Below, piece by piece: positions 8,988 to 17,413 of a DNA stretch of 64,000 bases. Origin of the DNA: an uncultured Candidatus Saccharibacteria bacterium. Lineage in GTDB: Bacteria > Patescibacteriota > Saccharimonadia > Saccharimonadales > Saccharimonadaceae. The notes below the pieces were generated by a model. It worked only from the letters and a program-made list of their open reading frames with translations, ran no database searches and was not told the DNA's origin. The stretch lies in the NCBI GenBank assembly GCA_946408075.1, contig CAMJQQ010000001.1:139790-203789 (forward strand), in the 5' to 3' direction. The position numbers were made by a program, and so were the translations under genes. How positions within the stretch are numbered: the first letter of the stretch is position 1; each line of letters opens with the position of its first letter.

Positions 8988-9124
8988 ATTTCCTCCGATT
9001 TTTCTTTGATTATATCATATCTTAAGCTATTCGACGGGGCTGACTGCAAGTCATTAACGCTCATGCTTGTCCGGATTCCCGAACAGTGCCAAAATATAGA
9101 AATAATAATAAAAGGAAGCATCAG

Positions 9125-10084
9125 ATGGGTATTTTGTTGCAATTTGCATTATTGATTATTGGTTTCGTCTTGCTCATTAAGGGTGCTGACTTTTTTGTGG
9201 ATGGCTCATCGAGTACAGCACAGAACTTTCGTGTGCCGAAACTGTTAATTGGCTTGACGATTGTTGCCTTTGGTACGAGCGCTCCAGAGCTCGCGGTTAG
9301 CATTAAGGCTCTCTCTAGCGCTAATTCGGATATTGTTCTCGGCAACGTCATTGGTAGCAACATTACGAATATTTTGCTAATTCTCGGCATTGCGGCTGTA
9401 ATTTTTCCTGTGCGTGTTCGCCGTCGCACTGTGCGTAAAGAGTTACCATTCTGTCTATTGCTGTCGATTTTACTTGTTGTTTTGATGCTTGACCGTGCGC
9501 TCGCTGGCATGTCTGAGAATTCAATTTCTCGCGCCGATGGCATCGTGATGCTCCTATTCTTCGCGGTTTTTGCCTACTATCTCGTTCGTTCTGCCTTGCG
9601 CCATCGTACGGACGACGAAGAAGAACCCGAGCATAGTCTGCTAATTTCGCTTGTAATGATAGCTTCTGGTTTGGCGGGCGTAATCATCGGTAGCAATCTC
9701 GCCGTCGATGCAGCCATTTCTATCGCGGAAGTGCTCGGTGTGAGTGAGCGTGTCATTTCTCTGACAATCATTGCTTTCGGTACCTCTTTGCCGGAACTTG
9801 TCACGACGATTGTTGCTGCACGCAAGCACGAACAAGATTTGTTGGTTGGCAATATTGTTGGCAGCAACATCTTTAATATCGCCGTCGTTCTCGGCGTTCC
9901 GACTGTTATCTTTGGTGACGCAAATGTCGGCAGCTTCTCGTCGCTTGATCTCTTTGCTTTCATTGCCTCGGCAGTTGTTCTCTTCGGCTTTTCTCTCCGC
10001 GGTCGCAAAATCACGCGCGCCAACGGTGTCGCTATGCTTGCGATTTATGTCTTATACTACGGTGGTGTAGTCTTATTATCTTGA
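9125..10084 (+). CDS. Ca2+/Na+ antiporter, CaCA (YrbG) family
   Basis: Two alpha-repeats are present: GNVIGSNITNILLILG and GNIVGSNIFNIAVVLG. The protein is polytopic. I chose the ATG at 9125 because an AGGAAG SD precedes it; the track ORF starts at 9086. Confidence 0.8.
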   Translation: MGILLQFALLIIGFVLLIKGADFFVDGSSSTAQNFRVPKLLIGLTIVAFGTSAPELAVSIKALSSANSDIVLGNVIGSNITNILLILGIAAVIFPVRVRRRTVRKELPFCLLLSILLVVLMLDRALAGMSENSISRADGIVMLLFFAVFAYYLVRSALRHRTDDEEEPEHSLLISLVMIASGLAGVIIGSNLAVDAAISIAEVLGVSERVISLTIIAFGTSLPELVTTIVAARKHEQDLLVGNIVGSNIFNIAVVLGVPTVIFGDANVGSFSSLDLFAFIASAVVLFGFSLRGRKITRANGVAMLAIYVLYYGGVVLLS

Positions 10085-10603
10085 TCAGCCCAATCTCTCG
10101 CCGACCGATTTTCCGCTTTCGCAGTGCTGATAAAACTCGAGGCAGCCTAATTTCTTGTTTGGTTTTTCGTATTCGAAAATGCAAAGCTGCATCGGATCAA
10201 ACCCGTTGCCGAGCTCCAACGAGATGAATTTTTCGCGCACGTCACGGAGCGCATCCTCAACGCTACCGAACTCGCGCCAACCACGATACTTTTCCCATGC
10301 GTGCTCATACCAAACGATTTTGTCACCCTCTTCGGCTAGCAAGAAGGTATGCGCGGGATTATTGTGGCCGTCATAGTAAACGATAAAATAGCTATGCGTT
10401 ACGACATTTTGCTCGTCAAATAACGCTCGCTCTAGTTCGACCTGGTCAAGGCAGACGCCTAATTTTGATTCGCGCAACTCTTCGGCTGTCTGTAATAGAA
10501 ATCCATCACTAAACCCAGACAAGCCCTCGCGTCGCTCGCCATCTTTATCAATCCAGCCGTACTGAATTTCGTCCATTACATTATCAATTGCTTTGCGATT
10601 CAT
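10085..10603 (-). CDS. Hypothetical cytoplasmic protein (172 aa), possibly a Cys-His papain/transglutaminase-like fold
   Basis: Clean ORF. TGCTAGAAT lies 7 nt upstream of the ATG (leaderless layout). The GVCLD...AHTF arrangement is weakly reminiscent of transglutaminase-like cysteine peptidases. Confidence 0.45.
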   Translation of the reverse strand: MNRKAIDNVMDEIQYGWIDKDGERREGLSGFSDGFLLQTAEELRESKLGVCLDQVELERALFDEQNVVTHSYFIVYYDGHNNPAHTFLLAEEGDKIVWYEHAWEKYRGWREFGSVEDALRDVREKFISLELGNGFDPMQLCIFEYEKPNKKLGCLEFYQHCESGKSVGERLG

Positions 10604-10643
10604 TAATCTTATTCTAGCAAGCGTCTTGCGCTAAAATAAAGAC

Positions 10644-11852
10644 ATGATAAAGAAACTGCTCGCCGTTCTCGGAATTGCTGTCATTACTTTTGGTATTATA
10701 GCGACGGTTTCGCATTTCTCGAACCAGGATAACTCGACCGATACCGAAGGCGCGCTGGCCGAAGCCGAGCCGACTCCAATTAAAACCGACCCCATCAAAG
10801 AACAGATGGAGGCTATGACGCTCGATGAAAAAGTCGCCCAAATGCTCATCGTCAACAAAAATGACCTCGTCGTTTCTGAAGAAGAGCAGGCCAAGCTAAA
10901 AACCGTGCCCTACGGCGGCTATATTTTAATGGAAAACGCCTATGGTACGCTTGCACAGACGCGCCTAATGGTCGAGACGCTCCAGCTAAACGCCAAAACA
11001 CCGCTCATTATTGCGACCGATCAAGAGGGCGGCGTCGTGCAGCGCATCAAGAATATTAGTTATCCGCGCGCAAGTAATATCCCAAATATGTACTCCGTCG
11101 GCCAGACGGGAAATCTGGATTATGCCACGACTGTTGGTCGCGTGCTAGCGGAAGAGCTGCGCACGGTTGGCGTTAATGTAGACTTTGCGCCGGTCGCAGA
11201 TATCTATTCGAATCCAAACAATACCGTCATTGGTCGCCGCAGCTTTTCTGCGAATCCTCAAACCGCCGCCGAAATGTCTCAGGCGCTTGCGGCTGGCCTC
11301 GAGCAAAACGGCGTCATTGCGACCTATAAACATTTCCCAGGGCACGGCAATACTTCGACCGATTCGCACAAAAGCTTGCCAATCATCAATCGCTCACGCG
11401 AACAACTCGACGAAACCGAACTCGTCCCATTTAAAAACGCCATCGCAAATGGCGCAAAGCTGATCATGGTTGGTCACATCGCCCTCCCGCAAATCACTGG
11501 CGATAATACTCCAGCCACGCTTTCATCAAAAATCACTACCGACCTCCTGCGCACCGAGCTCGGCTATAAAGGTCTCATTGTGACGGACGGCCTCAATATG
11601 GGTGCTCTCACAAATAACTATTCCGACGCCGACATCTATAAGCTCGCAGTCGAGGCTGGCGCCGACCTACTAGTCCTCCCGCGCGATCCGCAGCTTGCCA
11701 TCGAAACTATCAAGGCAAACATTCCAGAATCTCGCATCAATGAATCGGTCTATCGCATCCTCAAGTTCAAACAAGATTACCTCGCCAACTACCAATACCT
11801 CGACGCCTCCTATCTTGGCAGTGCTGAGCATTCCGCCGCTCTCGCTCACTAA
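10644..11852 (+). CDS. Glycoside hydrolase family 3, NagZ-like beta-N-acetylhexosaminidase, membrane-anchored
   Basis: Contains TDQEGGVVQR and KHFPGHG motifs plus an N-terminal TM/signal anchor. Confidence 0.8.
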   Translation: MIKKLLAVLGIAVITFGIIATVSHFSNQDNSTDTEGALAEAEPTPIKTDPIKEQMEAMTLDEKVAQMLIVNKNDLVVSEEEQAKLKTVPYGGYILMENAYGTLAQTRLMVETLQLNAKTPLIIATDQEGGVVQRIKNISYPRASNIPNMYSVGQTGNLDYATTVGRVLAEELRTVGVNVDFAPVADIYSNPNNTVIGRRSFSANPQTAAEMSQALAAGLEQNGVIATYKHFPGHGNTSTDSHKSLPIINRSREQLDETELVPFKNAIANGAKLIMVGHIALPQITGDNTPATLSSKITTDLLRTELGYKGLIVTDGLNMGALTNNYSDADIYKLAVEAGADLLVLPRDPQLAIETIKANIPESRINESVYRILKFKQDYLANYQYLDASYLGSAEHSAALAH

Positions 11853-11870
11853 TCTGTTATAATAACCCCA

Positions 11871-12545
11871 ATGAAATTATTGCTTCACACTTGTTGCGCG
11901 CCGTGCAGCGTCTATTGCATTAAAACTCTCCGCGCCGAAGGAATCGAGCCAACTCTCTACTGGTTCAATCCGAACATTCATCCCTATGCCGAGTACAAGG
12001 CCCGCCGCGATTGCCTCCGCGAGTACGCAAAGCTAATCAATATTGCACTCGTCGAAGATGATGCCTATGGACTGGACGAGTTCGTCTGTAATGTCGCCGA
12101 TAAGCTCACGACCCGCTGCCAAGATTACTGCTACCCAAAGCGCCTCCGCCAGGCCTTCGAATATGCCAAGCAGAACGGTTACGACGCTATTTCGACCACG
12201 CTCCTCTATAGCATCTACCAGAAGCACGATTTCATCGCGAAGCTTATGCAGATGCTTGCCGAAGAATACGGCATCGAGTTTGTCTATCGCGATTTTCGCG
12301 AGGGCTGGCAGGAAGGGCAAGACGAAGCGCGCCGCATTGGCCTCTATATGCAAAAATATTGCGGCTGCGTCTTTTCCGAAGAAGAATCCGGCCTCGGTCG
12401 TGAAGTTGGCCGCAAGCTCAAAAAGCAGGGCATTTCTCCAACCAACGCCAACGTTCGCCAGTTGATCGAGTCGAACAAGGTCGACGGCCTAGTCGTTCCG
12501 AGCAAGCTCTCCGACGCCGCTACCGAGCCGCTCGACATTGACTAA
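11871..12545 (+). CDS. queH: Epoxyqueuosine reductase QueH (DUF208)
   Basis: LLLHTCCAPCS and YMQKYCGCVFSEEE are hallmark Cys motifs. The protein carries a ~50-aa C-terminal extension. TGTTATAAT lies 7 nt upstream of the ATG. Confidence 0.85.
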   Translation: MKLLLHTCCAPCSVYCIKTLRAEGIEPTLYWFNPNIHPYAEYKARRDCLREYAKLINIALVEDDAYGLDEFVCNVADKLTTRCQDYCYPKRLRQAFEYAKQNGYDAISTTLLYSIYQKHDFIAKLMQMLAEEYGIEFVYRDFREGWQEGQDEARRIGLYMQKYCGCVFSEEESGLGREVGRKLKKQGISPTNANVRQLIESNKVDGLVVPSKLSDAATEPLDID

Positions 12546-12566
12546 AAACGCAATCTGTGGTATAAT
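12538..12566 (+). promoter_or_regulatory. Promoter of cassette 1 (TTGACT - 17 bp - TGGTATAAT)
   Basis: -35 at 12538-12543 overlaps the queH stop codon; -10 is at 12561-12566. Confidence 0.65.
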
Positions 12567-12587
12567 ATAAGTATCAGTTATACGCCT

Positions 12588-12625
12588 GCGCACCTTTAAA
12601 GTTTTACGGTTTATTACTGGTGCGC
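12588..12625 (+). promoter_or_regulatory. Conserved 5'-leader hairpin, copy 1 (7-bp stem, 24-nt loop)
   Basis: GCGCACC (12588-12594) pairs with GGTGCGC (12619-12625). The loop contains TTTTACGGTTTA. The same structure occurs at 13352-13389, where a G-U pair replaces one G-C. Confidence 0.5.
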
Positions 12626-12659
12626 TCCATCTCTCAATTGGGAAAGAAAGGTAAAAAAC

Positions 12660-13250
12660 ATGAAAGTGAGCAATGCTTGCAAGCAGGCAGATCTTAAGAC
12701 GGGTCTGTTGCGATTCTTCTGGCTTCTTCTTTGCTTTATCATGCTCTATGCATTTATGAGCATCCTGGTCATTGACCTTATTGCGTCGTGTCTCTCGTAT
12801 GAGGGATGTGATAAGACCCTTGTTTGTAGGCTTCTTGGAACTAGTTTTCAGGAGCTCTCTCATGCCTTAACGGTGGTTCTCCCTGGCATAGCCGCACTCG
12901 TGATTACCTGGGCTTACAGCATTATCTACGATGTTATGATGATTGGTAAGCTTAGGTATGATGATGCCGATCAGTGCTATATGCGACTATGCCTCAGAAG
13001 CTGGATTGCAATTTCCGCCATATTTTTTCTCCACTTCTCGGTAAAATTCCCGCCATATGATGGTGTGGCTACTTGGCTTCTTCTGATCATTGAAATTTTT
13101 GCTTCAGTATTCCAAGGGCTTGTCTTGGTCGTATTGTTCGATATATTCTTTTGCTCTGCTCTTTTTCATGCGTTTAATCATGTATACGAAAAGGCTGACG
13201 AGAAAGACGATACGATTATTGACTTCAATATCGTCGACATTAAACCGTAA
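12660..13250 (+). CDS. Four-TM membrane protein, unknown family (196 aa), paralogue of 13420..14019
   Basis: The SD GGGAAAG/AAAGG region lies upstream. There are four hydrophobic segments. It uses AGG/AGA Arg and TTA Leu codons, which are rare in the core genes here. Confidence 0.7.
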   Translation: MKVSNACKQADLKTGLLRFFWLLLCFIMLYAFMSILVIDLIASCLSYEGCDKTLVCRLLGTSFQELSHALTVVLPGIAALVITWAYSIIYDVMMIGKLRYDDADQCYMRLCLRSWIAISAIFFLHFSVKFPPYDGVATWLLLIIEIFASVFQGLVLVVLFDIFFCSALFHAFNHVYEKADEKDDTIIDFNIVDIKP

Positions 13251-13261
13251 AAACAACCAAA

Positions 13262-13284
13262 GCCCGGCGCAAGCCGGGTTTTTG
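13262..13284 (+). terminator. Intrinsic terminator of cassette 1
   Basis: CCCGGC-GCAA-GCCGGG followed by TTTTT. It is part of a 39-nt block identical to 14009-14047. Confidence 0.75.
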
Positions 13285-13304
13285 ATGCGTAGCGCTTATG
13301 CATC

Positions 13305-13333
13305 TTGACGAAAAATATAAAACGTGGTATAAT
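13305..13333 (+). promoter_or_regulatory. Promoter of cassette 2 (TTGACG - 17 bp - TGGTATAAT)
   Basis: -35 at 13305-13310, -10 at 13328-13333. Confidence 0.65.
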
Positions 13334-13351
13334 ATTCATTACACATTAGTT

Positions 13352-13389
13352 GCGCACCTTTATATTTACGGTTTTATAGACTGGTGTGC
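13352..13389 (+). promoter_or_regulatory. Conserved 5'-leader hairpin, copy 2
   Basis: GCGCACC (13352-13358) pairs with GGTGTGC (13383-13389). The loop is 24 nt and contains TTTACGGTTTT. Confidence 0.5.
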
Positions 13390-13419
13390 TTCGCCTTCGA
13401 TTGGGAAAGGAATATTCTT

Positions 13420-14019
13420 ATGAAAGCTAATGAAAATGTTAAAAAGAGCAGCTTCAAATCGGTACTGTCCAAAGCATGGAGACTTGCTGCATTCTTCGTG
13501 ATCTTCGGTATGCTCGCCTTCATCTTCTTCAATGCTCACATTCAGTATGCGGCCTATAAGTTCGGCGACCGAGATCTTCTCATATGTGATATTTTCGGAA
13601 TGAATCTCTGGAAGCTTGCTAGCAGTCTGAGACTCGCATGTTCCGTCGTAACCGCATGTGCGGCTACTTGGTCCTATGCTGCTCTTCTGGATGTGGCAAA
13701 ATTCGGTAAACGAAAACATGTAAGCGGAGAGAAGGCTCTTGAGCGCTTCGTTGTTAGATGCGTAATCGCTATAACGACTTTCTTCTTTGCGCTTTTCTTG
13801 CCGATTGCTTTGGCTAAGTCTTCCGTCTCGAATCCCGTTAATCTTCTGTGCGTCCTCCTTACAGCTCTGCTTCTTGGAACGCCTCTTGCGCTCGTCGGTG
13901 CTCATCTCTTCTATGATGTGCTTGAGGCTGTCTTTGATCGCGCCTACAAGGAAGATGGAGCTGCCGAAGAGAGACAAAACCAGGCCATCCATTTCCGCAC
14001 CGAAACACTTAAACCGTAA
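13420..14019 (+). CDS. Four-TM membrane protein, unknown family (199 aa), paralogue of 12660..13250
   Basis: I chose the ATG at 13420 because the GGGAAAGGA SD precedes it; the track ORF starts at a GTG at 13384 inside the leader hairpin. It shares ATWSYA..DV..FGK and the terminal ..LKP with copy 1. Confidence 0.7.
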   Translation: MKANENVKKSSFKSVLSKAWRLAAFFVIFGMLAFIFFNAHIQYAAYKFGDRDLLICDIFGMNLWKLASSLRLACSVVTACAATWSYAALLDVAKFGKRKHVSGEKALERFVVRCVIAITTFFFALFLPIALAKSSVSNPVNLLCVLLTALLLGTPLALVGAHLFYDVLEAVFDRAYKEDGAAEERQNQAIHFRTETLKP

Positions 14020-14029
14020 AAACAACCAA

Positions 14030-14056
14030 AGCCCGGCGCAAGCCGGGCTGCTTTTT
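14030..14056 (+). terminator. Intrinsic terminator of cassette 2
   Basis: AGCCCGGC-GCAA-GCCGGGCT followed by GCTTTTT. Confidence 0.7.
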
Positions 14057-14060
14057 ACCT

Positions 14061-14096
14061 ACAAAAATCCACCAGCGAACTGGTGGATTATTTTTT
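14061..14096. terminator. Bidirectional terminator (serves rpmE2 on the minus strand)
   Basis: AATCCACCAG-cgaa-CTGGTGGATT is flanked by an A-run and a T-run. It lies 8 nt from the rpmE2 stop codon. Confidence 0.75.
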
Positions 14097-14103
14097 CGAT
14101 AGA

Positions 14104-14433
14104 CTATTTGTCTGCCTTGGCGGCTTTCTTTTCGGCTTCTTTCTTGGCCTTTGCGACCTTGTTGCCGAGCTGAGCCTTGAGTGCGGCAGCCTTCTGAGCG
14201 CGAGCCTTGAAGCGATCGACGCGACCCTCGGTATCGATAATCTTCTCTTCGCCGGTGAAGAATGGGTGAGATGCGCTAGAAATCTGAACCTTAACTAGTG
14301 GATATTCGTTGCCATCCGTCCATTTGATCGTCTCTTCCGATTTTGCAGTCGAACGAGTAAGGAAAGAAAACTTAGCCTGCTCGTCAGCAAACACCACAAA
14401 GCGATAGTCTTTTGGTTGGATTGATTGTTTCAT
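14104..14433 (-). CDS. rpmE2: 50S ribosomal protein L31, type B (no CxxC), with a Lys/Ala-rich C-terminal tail
   Basis: [15 protein letters not shown]...[18 protein letters not shown] is the L31 type B signature. It carries an extra ~30-aa [15 protein letters not shown]-type tail. Confidence 0.85.
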   Translation of the reverse strand: MKQSIQPKDYRFVVFADEQAKFSFLTRSTAKSEETIKWTDGNEYPLVKVQISSASHPFFTGEEKIIDTEGRVDRFKARAQKAAALKAQLGNKVAKAKKEAEKKAAKADK

Positions 14434-14548
14434 AATTACGCTTCATTATATCAGATTAGCCAACTAATGTAAAGCATTCGCGCGCGTCACAGAAAAATGC
14501 TATTATTATAAACATAAGCTTTATAAAATTATAAACAAGAGAATAATA

Positions 14549-17413
14549 ATGGATCCAAATCAAAGCAACCCAGCAGCGGCTCCTCTTGCCGCGCCGACAT
14601 CTCCTAATCCGCCAGCACAATCGCCTGCGCCAGAAGCACCAGCCCCAGCGCCAGCTCCACAATCATCAATCTATCCAACGCCGACTGATTTTACTGCGCC
14701 AGCCTCTGCGCCGGCTGTCGAGTCGTCCTTGGCGCCAACTCCGGCAACCGAGCCAAGCCCAGCTCCGTCCGAGCCGGTCGCGCCTGTTGAATCAGTTCCG
14801 GCTCCTCAAGCCGCACCGGTTGCCGAGCCTGCCCCAATCAATTCGGTTACGCAACCGCTAGATGCCTCAGCTGGCATGCCGGCCGCTGCGCCTATTGATC
14901 CAGTCGCCGCGCCAACTGAAGCGCCAACTGAAGCTCCTGTCGAGGAGGCGCCTGCGCTAGAAAATCCGTTCACGCACCCGATTACTTCCGGCTTCCCGGA
15001 GAGGCCGTCGGCTGAATTGCCGGCCAACAATTTCTTTGCGACCGCCCAGCCAGGCAGTGCAATCCCGCAGGCCGATGCCGCTGCTATGCAGGCTCAGGCT
15101 ATGCAGGATCAAGCACAAGCTCAAGCGCAAATGCAAGCTCCAGCGCCTGTCGCTTCTGCGCCGACCGAAAACAAAAAATCAAAGCTTCCACTCATTATTA
15201 TTCTCGCAGTTGTAATTCTTGGTCTTGGCGCCGGCGCCTTCTTCCTCTTGCCAAAACTTTTTGGTGGCAAGCTCGAAGATGCGAAGGTGGCCTTTATTCG
15301 CGAAAAGCGCAACGAAGGAAACTACGCGCTCTTCAATCTTAAAAACGGCAAGCAACTTACTGACTTTATCTACAAAGACAAGGGACAATTCGTTGCGGGT
15401 TATAGTATCGCGAAAGACGCCGACGACAAAGCAATCATTGTTAATGCTAAAGCCAAAACGACCGTGAGCGCAGGTAAATTCGATAGTATTACTCGTTGTG
15501 GCTCTGGTTTTGTCGGCAAAAAAGATTCGCAGTGGTCACTCCTTCTTGGCGACGGTAAGGAACTTGCTACTTTCGATTCAAATCCGGTCGTAAAGAAAGA
15601 AGATAAGCTCGCCTGTGACGATCGTGGCTACTTCGCTTTTGTCTCAGACGGCAAGGTTAATCTCTATTCCGTCAAGGGTGAATTGCTCGCCTCAAAGGAA
15701 GGTGAACTTACGCGCTTTGTTCACAATTACTATGTGTCTTCGACTGTTGAATACGAGGAAGACAAGAAAGACGACGACAACAAAAAGAAAGCTACTGGCA
15801 CGAAGAGTAGCGTAAAGAAAAGCTACCAGCTCGCCGCCGACGAGTATAGTTCCACTCTTAATCTTGATGATTATGAAATCGACCTCGATGATTACGACCT
15901 CGACTCGGCCCTCGATACTGATTACGATATCGACCTTAACGATTATATTGACGACTTTGACGAGGAGGAGCTTGACTATCGCATGGACGACCGCCTTCGC
16001 AGCAGCACCCTCGGTGACGATGACGATGATGACGATGAGGCATATATCGATAAGATGCCGGGCGCCCCATATCTTACCGTTGGTGGTACTACTTATATTC
16101 TTAGCGACGATGGTGACAAGATTGATGGTGAGTATGAAGTTGATCCAGAGGCCTACCCAGATACAATTAGTAGCGATCACAGAATTGTCATATTTGATAA
16201 GCAATACAAGACTGAAGGCATCGGCTTCGATGGCAAGTATTTCAGTGATATAAAAGATCGCTTTGGTGATTGTGCGCCCGTAATTCAAGAAGGTAAAAAA
16301 GAGTCGGTGCTACTATGCTCTTCGAGCGACTACAAGAGTGGCAAATATCTCAGAACAAACAAGGTGATTTCCGACATTGAAAACAAGGTAGCTATCGACG
16401 CAGATGCCACAATCGAAGCAATTGATTCGAAAAACTTTGTCTCCGTAAACAGCGACAAGAATAGCGTAATCTTTTATGTGAATGGCGAGAAGGGCAAGGT
16501 GCTTGACGGCGCTCATTACGATGTACAGGGCAATAGCGGTGATGGCGATGCTTATGTCATCTCGAAATCCGAGGAGACTAAACAAGAAAGCTATGGTTAT
16601 ACTATGACCACGTATAAACCAGTCAGTACGACGCTCTATTCGGCCACCGGCGAAACAATTCTGAGTGCAGAGCTCGGCGACCAAAGCAAGTCTTCCGGTC
16701 TTGGCATGATGTCTAATTACACAAGCTTCTCCTATTACGCTGACGGTTTTGTCACTAAGACTTGGATGGATGCAGATTTATCCAATATTAACGCCGAAGA
16801 TTGGCTAGATGCCTACTTGGGCGCCTTTGCTAACTTTAAGACGGAAGTATACCGTGATGGCAATAAGCTAGATTTCGGTGATATTACTATCTTCGGTAAG
16901 TATGACAAGTCTGGTTACATAGTCGCAAAAATAGATCTCGGTAAGTATATCAACCAGATGATTGATAGCCTGAAGTCTTACTCGTCAGATACAGATAATG
17001 CTGGAGATTCGGATAAAAAATCAGAGAAAGTTGATTATTTAACTTACGACATAGAACGCATTGGTCTTGTAGATTCGAATGGAAACGTCGTGTTGTCGCC
17101 AGACGATTATGACGGTTTGGCCTTGGGCGCTGAAGGGCTAGAGCTAGAAGCTTCCGACGCCTCCTCGTTGTTCGCGATAGGTGAGGATGCGGCCAGTGCT
17201 TTGCCTAATATAAGCAAAAATGGCGCCAAGTATGCCGTGGGCTTGCGCCGTAAGGACAATAAATCCTATGACATTATCAATGATGGCAAGGTAGTTTTGA
17301 ACTCCGAAAAAATCCCATATGGCACCGGCGAAGATTACTTCTATCTTAAGAACGACTCCGGCGATGAATTCTATACCTTAGACGGTAAAAAGTTTTACAC
17401 GAGGAGCGAATAA
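14549..17413 (+). CDS. Membrane-anchored protein: Pro/Ala/Gln-rich N-terminal tail, one TM helix, beta-repeat (WG-repeat-like) ectodomain with a poly-acidic insert (954 aa)
   Basis: About 210 aa of low complexity, then KKSK plus the TM helix LPLIIILAVVILGLGAGAFFLL. Repeats of the type YALFNLKNGKQLTDFIYKDKGQFVAGYSIAK follow. It is a paralogue of the two downstream genes. Confidence 0.75.
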   Translation: MDPNQSNPAAAPLAAPTSPNPPAQSPAPEAPAPAPAPQSSIYPTPTDFTAPASAPAVESSLAPTPATEPSPAPSEPVAPVESVPAPQAAPVAEPAPINSVTQPLDASAGMPAAAPIDPVAAPTEAPTEAPVEEAPALENPFTHPITSGFPERPSAELPANNFFATAQPGSAIPQADAAAMQAQAMQDQAQAQAQMQAPAPVASAPTENKKSKLPLIIILAVVILGLGAGAFFLLPKLFGGKLEDAKVAFIREKRNEGNYALFNLKNGKQLTDFIYKDKGQFVAGYSIAKDADDKAIIVNAKAKTTVSAGKFDSITRCGSGFVGKKDSQWSLLLGDGKELATFDSNPVVKKEDKLACDDRGYFAFVSDGKVNLYSVKGELLASKEGELTRFVHNYYVSSTVEYEEDKKDDDNKKKATGTKSSVKKSYQLAADEYSSTLNLDDYEIDLDDYDLDSALDTDYDIDLNDYIDDFDEEELDYRMDDRLRSSTLGDDDDDDDEAYIDKMPGAPYLTVGGTTYILSDDGDKIDGEYEVDPEAYPDTISSDHRIVIFDKQYKTEGIGFDGKYFSDIKDRFGDCAPVIQEGKKESVLLCSSSDYKSGKYLRTNKVISDIENKVAIDADATIEAIDSKNFVSVNSDKNSVIFYVNGEKGKVLDGAHYDVQGNSGDGDAYVISKSEETKQESYGYTMTTYKPVSTTLYSATGETILSAELGDQSKSSGLGMMSNYTSFSYYADGFVTKTWMDADLSNINAEDWLDAYLGAFANFKTEVYRDGNKLDFGDITIFGKYDKSGYIVAKIDLGKYINQMIDSLKSYSSDTDNAGDSDKKSEKVDYLTYDIERIGLVDSNGNVVLSPDDYDGLALGAEGLELEASDASSLFAIGEDAASALPNISKNGAKYAVGLRRKDNKSYDIINDGKVVLNSEKIPYGTGEDYFYLKNDSGDEFYTLDGKKFYTRSE

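Noticed and set aside
12573-12659. Assignment of the conserved leader to a known riboswitch class. I considered preQ1, because queH is adjacent, and guanidine-II, because of the ACGG in the loop.
   Set aside because: From memory, the sequence does not fit either class. A preQ1-I aptamer is a short stem followed by an A-rich tail. A guanidine-II element is two small hairpins with ACGR tetraloops closed by GC pairs. Without an Rfam scan I cannot assign any class.
12602-13252. A 12-nt inverted repeat. TTTTACGGTTTA in the leader loop (12602-12613) pairs with TAAACCGTAAAA at the stop codon (13241-13252). A 10-nt version is repeated in cassette 2. I considered it as recombinase inversion sites or as 5'-3' mRNA pairing.
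   Set aside because: It is an AT-rich 10-12-mer. By a rough estimate, a match of this length within 700 nt is expected by chance a few times in 64 kb. Both halves sit in blocks that are conserved anyway, so the two cassettes are not independent evidence. No recombinase gene is nearby. It is worth re-checking only if the leader proves functional.
13366-14025. A 219-aa minus-strand ORF that spans cassette 2 almost exactly from leader to stop codon.
   Set aside because: It has a TTG start with no SD or promoter. There is no equivalent ORF opposite the paralogous cassette 1. The plus-strand ORF has the promoter, SD, terminator and a TM-protein character.
14505-14537. A direct repeat of ATTATAAACA (14505-14514 and 14528-14537) upstream of the first trio gene, considered as a regulator-binding site.
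   Set aside because: It is a very AT-rich 10-mer in an AT-rich promoter region, so chance recurrence is plausible. There is no palindromic structure and no second locus to compare.
15692-16288. A 198-aa minus-strand ORF inside the first trio gene.
   Set aside because: It lies opposite the GAT/GAC-rich poly-Asp segment. Its translation is Ile/Val-rich low complexity, so it is a compositional artefact.
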